A stretch of 63,013 nt of DNA, the filler included, from Kipferlia bialata (Eukaryota): assembly GCA_003568945.1 (NCBI GenBank). It is 6 parts of 6 records of this genome, joined end to end, with 100 filler letters (N's around TTAATTAATTAA, not from the genome) between each part and the next. Parts side by side here need not be neighbours in the genome. Positions count along the whole stretch, not along the records: positions 59,128 to 63,013 come from BDIP01001029.1; 5 more parts are not named here. The stretch is one strand, 5' to 3'. Position 1 is the stretch's first letter. Each line of letters starts with the position of its first letter. The notes beneath the pieces were generated by a model that saw only the letters and a list, made by a program, of their open reading frames with translations, was not told the DNA's origin and did not search any database. This document shows positions 62,601 to 63,013 of this stretch, piece after piece. Position numbers and translations under genes: made by a program.

Positions 62601-62928
62601 CAGGAGGGCAGCACAACAACGTCAATCTCCAACCTACAGGTGGCACTGATCAGGTGGGACACAACGTCCTGGGGGTGAGGAATACACATATATAACACTA
62701 TGGACACAGCAATATAGTAGTAACTCTACCTGCACCACAAAGTCCTCATTGAACACTGCCCTCCCCCCCTCTATGTAGTGGGAGGCCCCCTCCCCCCCTC
62801 TGGCCTCTGTCAGGGGTATGGGCTGGGTCATCAGGGGCAGAATGGTGGTGCTCTCGCTGGACCTGGCCGTGCCCTCTGCGTTGAAGGTGGTCACCTCCTC
62901 ATAGGCTGTCACGGCAGGCTGGCCAGGC
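59682..62928 (-). CDS. AHI1: Jouberin/AHI1-like WD40 ciliary transition-zone protein, 5' partial
   Basis: ILPLMTQP...AVFNEDF (compare AHI1 ILPIMTQP...IVFNENF). Then come WD40 blades SLAYSRDGSLLAAG, IRLHDPDTGTLLADLGPHFGPIYSLAFNETGSLLACASGDGVVSVW, IEHASPVYAVSF and LSPCGSVCACGQFDGS, in the AHI1 order. Comparison is from memory. Confidence 0.7.
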
Positions 62929-63013
62929 CTAGGGGCATTAGAGAGGGGGAGAGAGAGGAAAGGGGGGGGGGGTTGTAGTGTAGTCTAGACATCGTGAGTA
63001 CCACCTAGAATCG

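Noticed and set aside
1..63013. Transposon, retroelement or recombinase that could drive the arrays
   Set aside because: I found no reverse transcriptase, transposase or integrase motifs, LTRs or terminal inverted repeats in this window.

Overview
Intron-rich eukaryotic genomic DNA. At least six unlinked assembly pieces are joined by artificial 100-nt N44-TTAATTAATTAA-N44 linkers. Exons are GC-rich. Introns are short, GT-AG, rich in (TA)n/(GA)n microsatellites, and end in a fused branch-point/acceptor motif (CT[G/C/A]AC-CCC-[C/T]AG). This, together with the pentapeptide-repeat, kelch-like and FG-GAP genes, suggests a free-living fornicate metamonad such as Kipferlia; that assignment is inference only. 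Recognisable genes: PPP4R1-like HEAT protein, plant-type P5CDH/ALDH12 (partial), jouberin/AHI1-like WD40 protein, a divergent TMC-like membrane protein, an FG-GAP beta-propeller surface protein, a coiled-coil/pentapeptide-repeat protein, and several hypothetical genes. The most striking signal is that many introns hold ordered arrays of half-exon copies. Acceptor+5'-half copies lie upstream of the intact exon and 3'-half+donor copies lie downstream. The copies lack the second splice site, yet differ from the intact exon mostly at synonymous positions (7 of 7 changes in one 13-codon copy; TCA/AGC Ser and TTG/CTC Leu switches). In several arrays they get shorter and more degenerate with distance from the exon. 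Exon coordinates were read by eye and may be off by a few bases.
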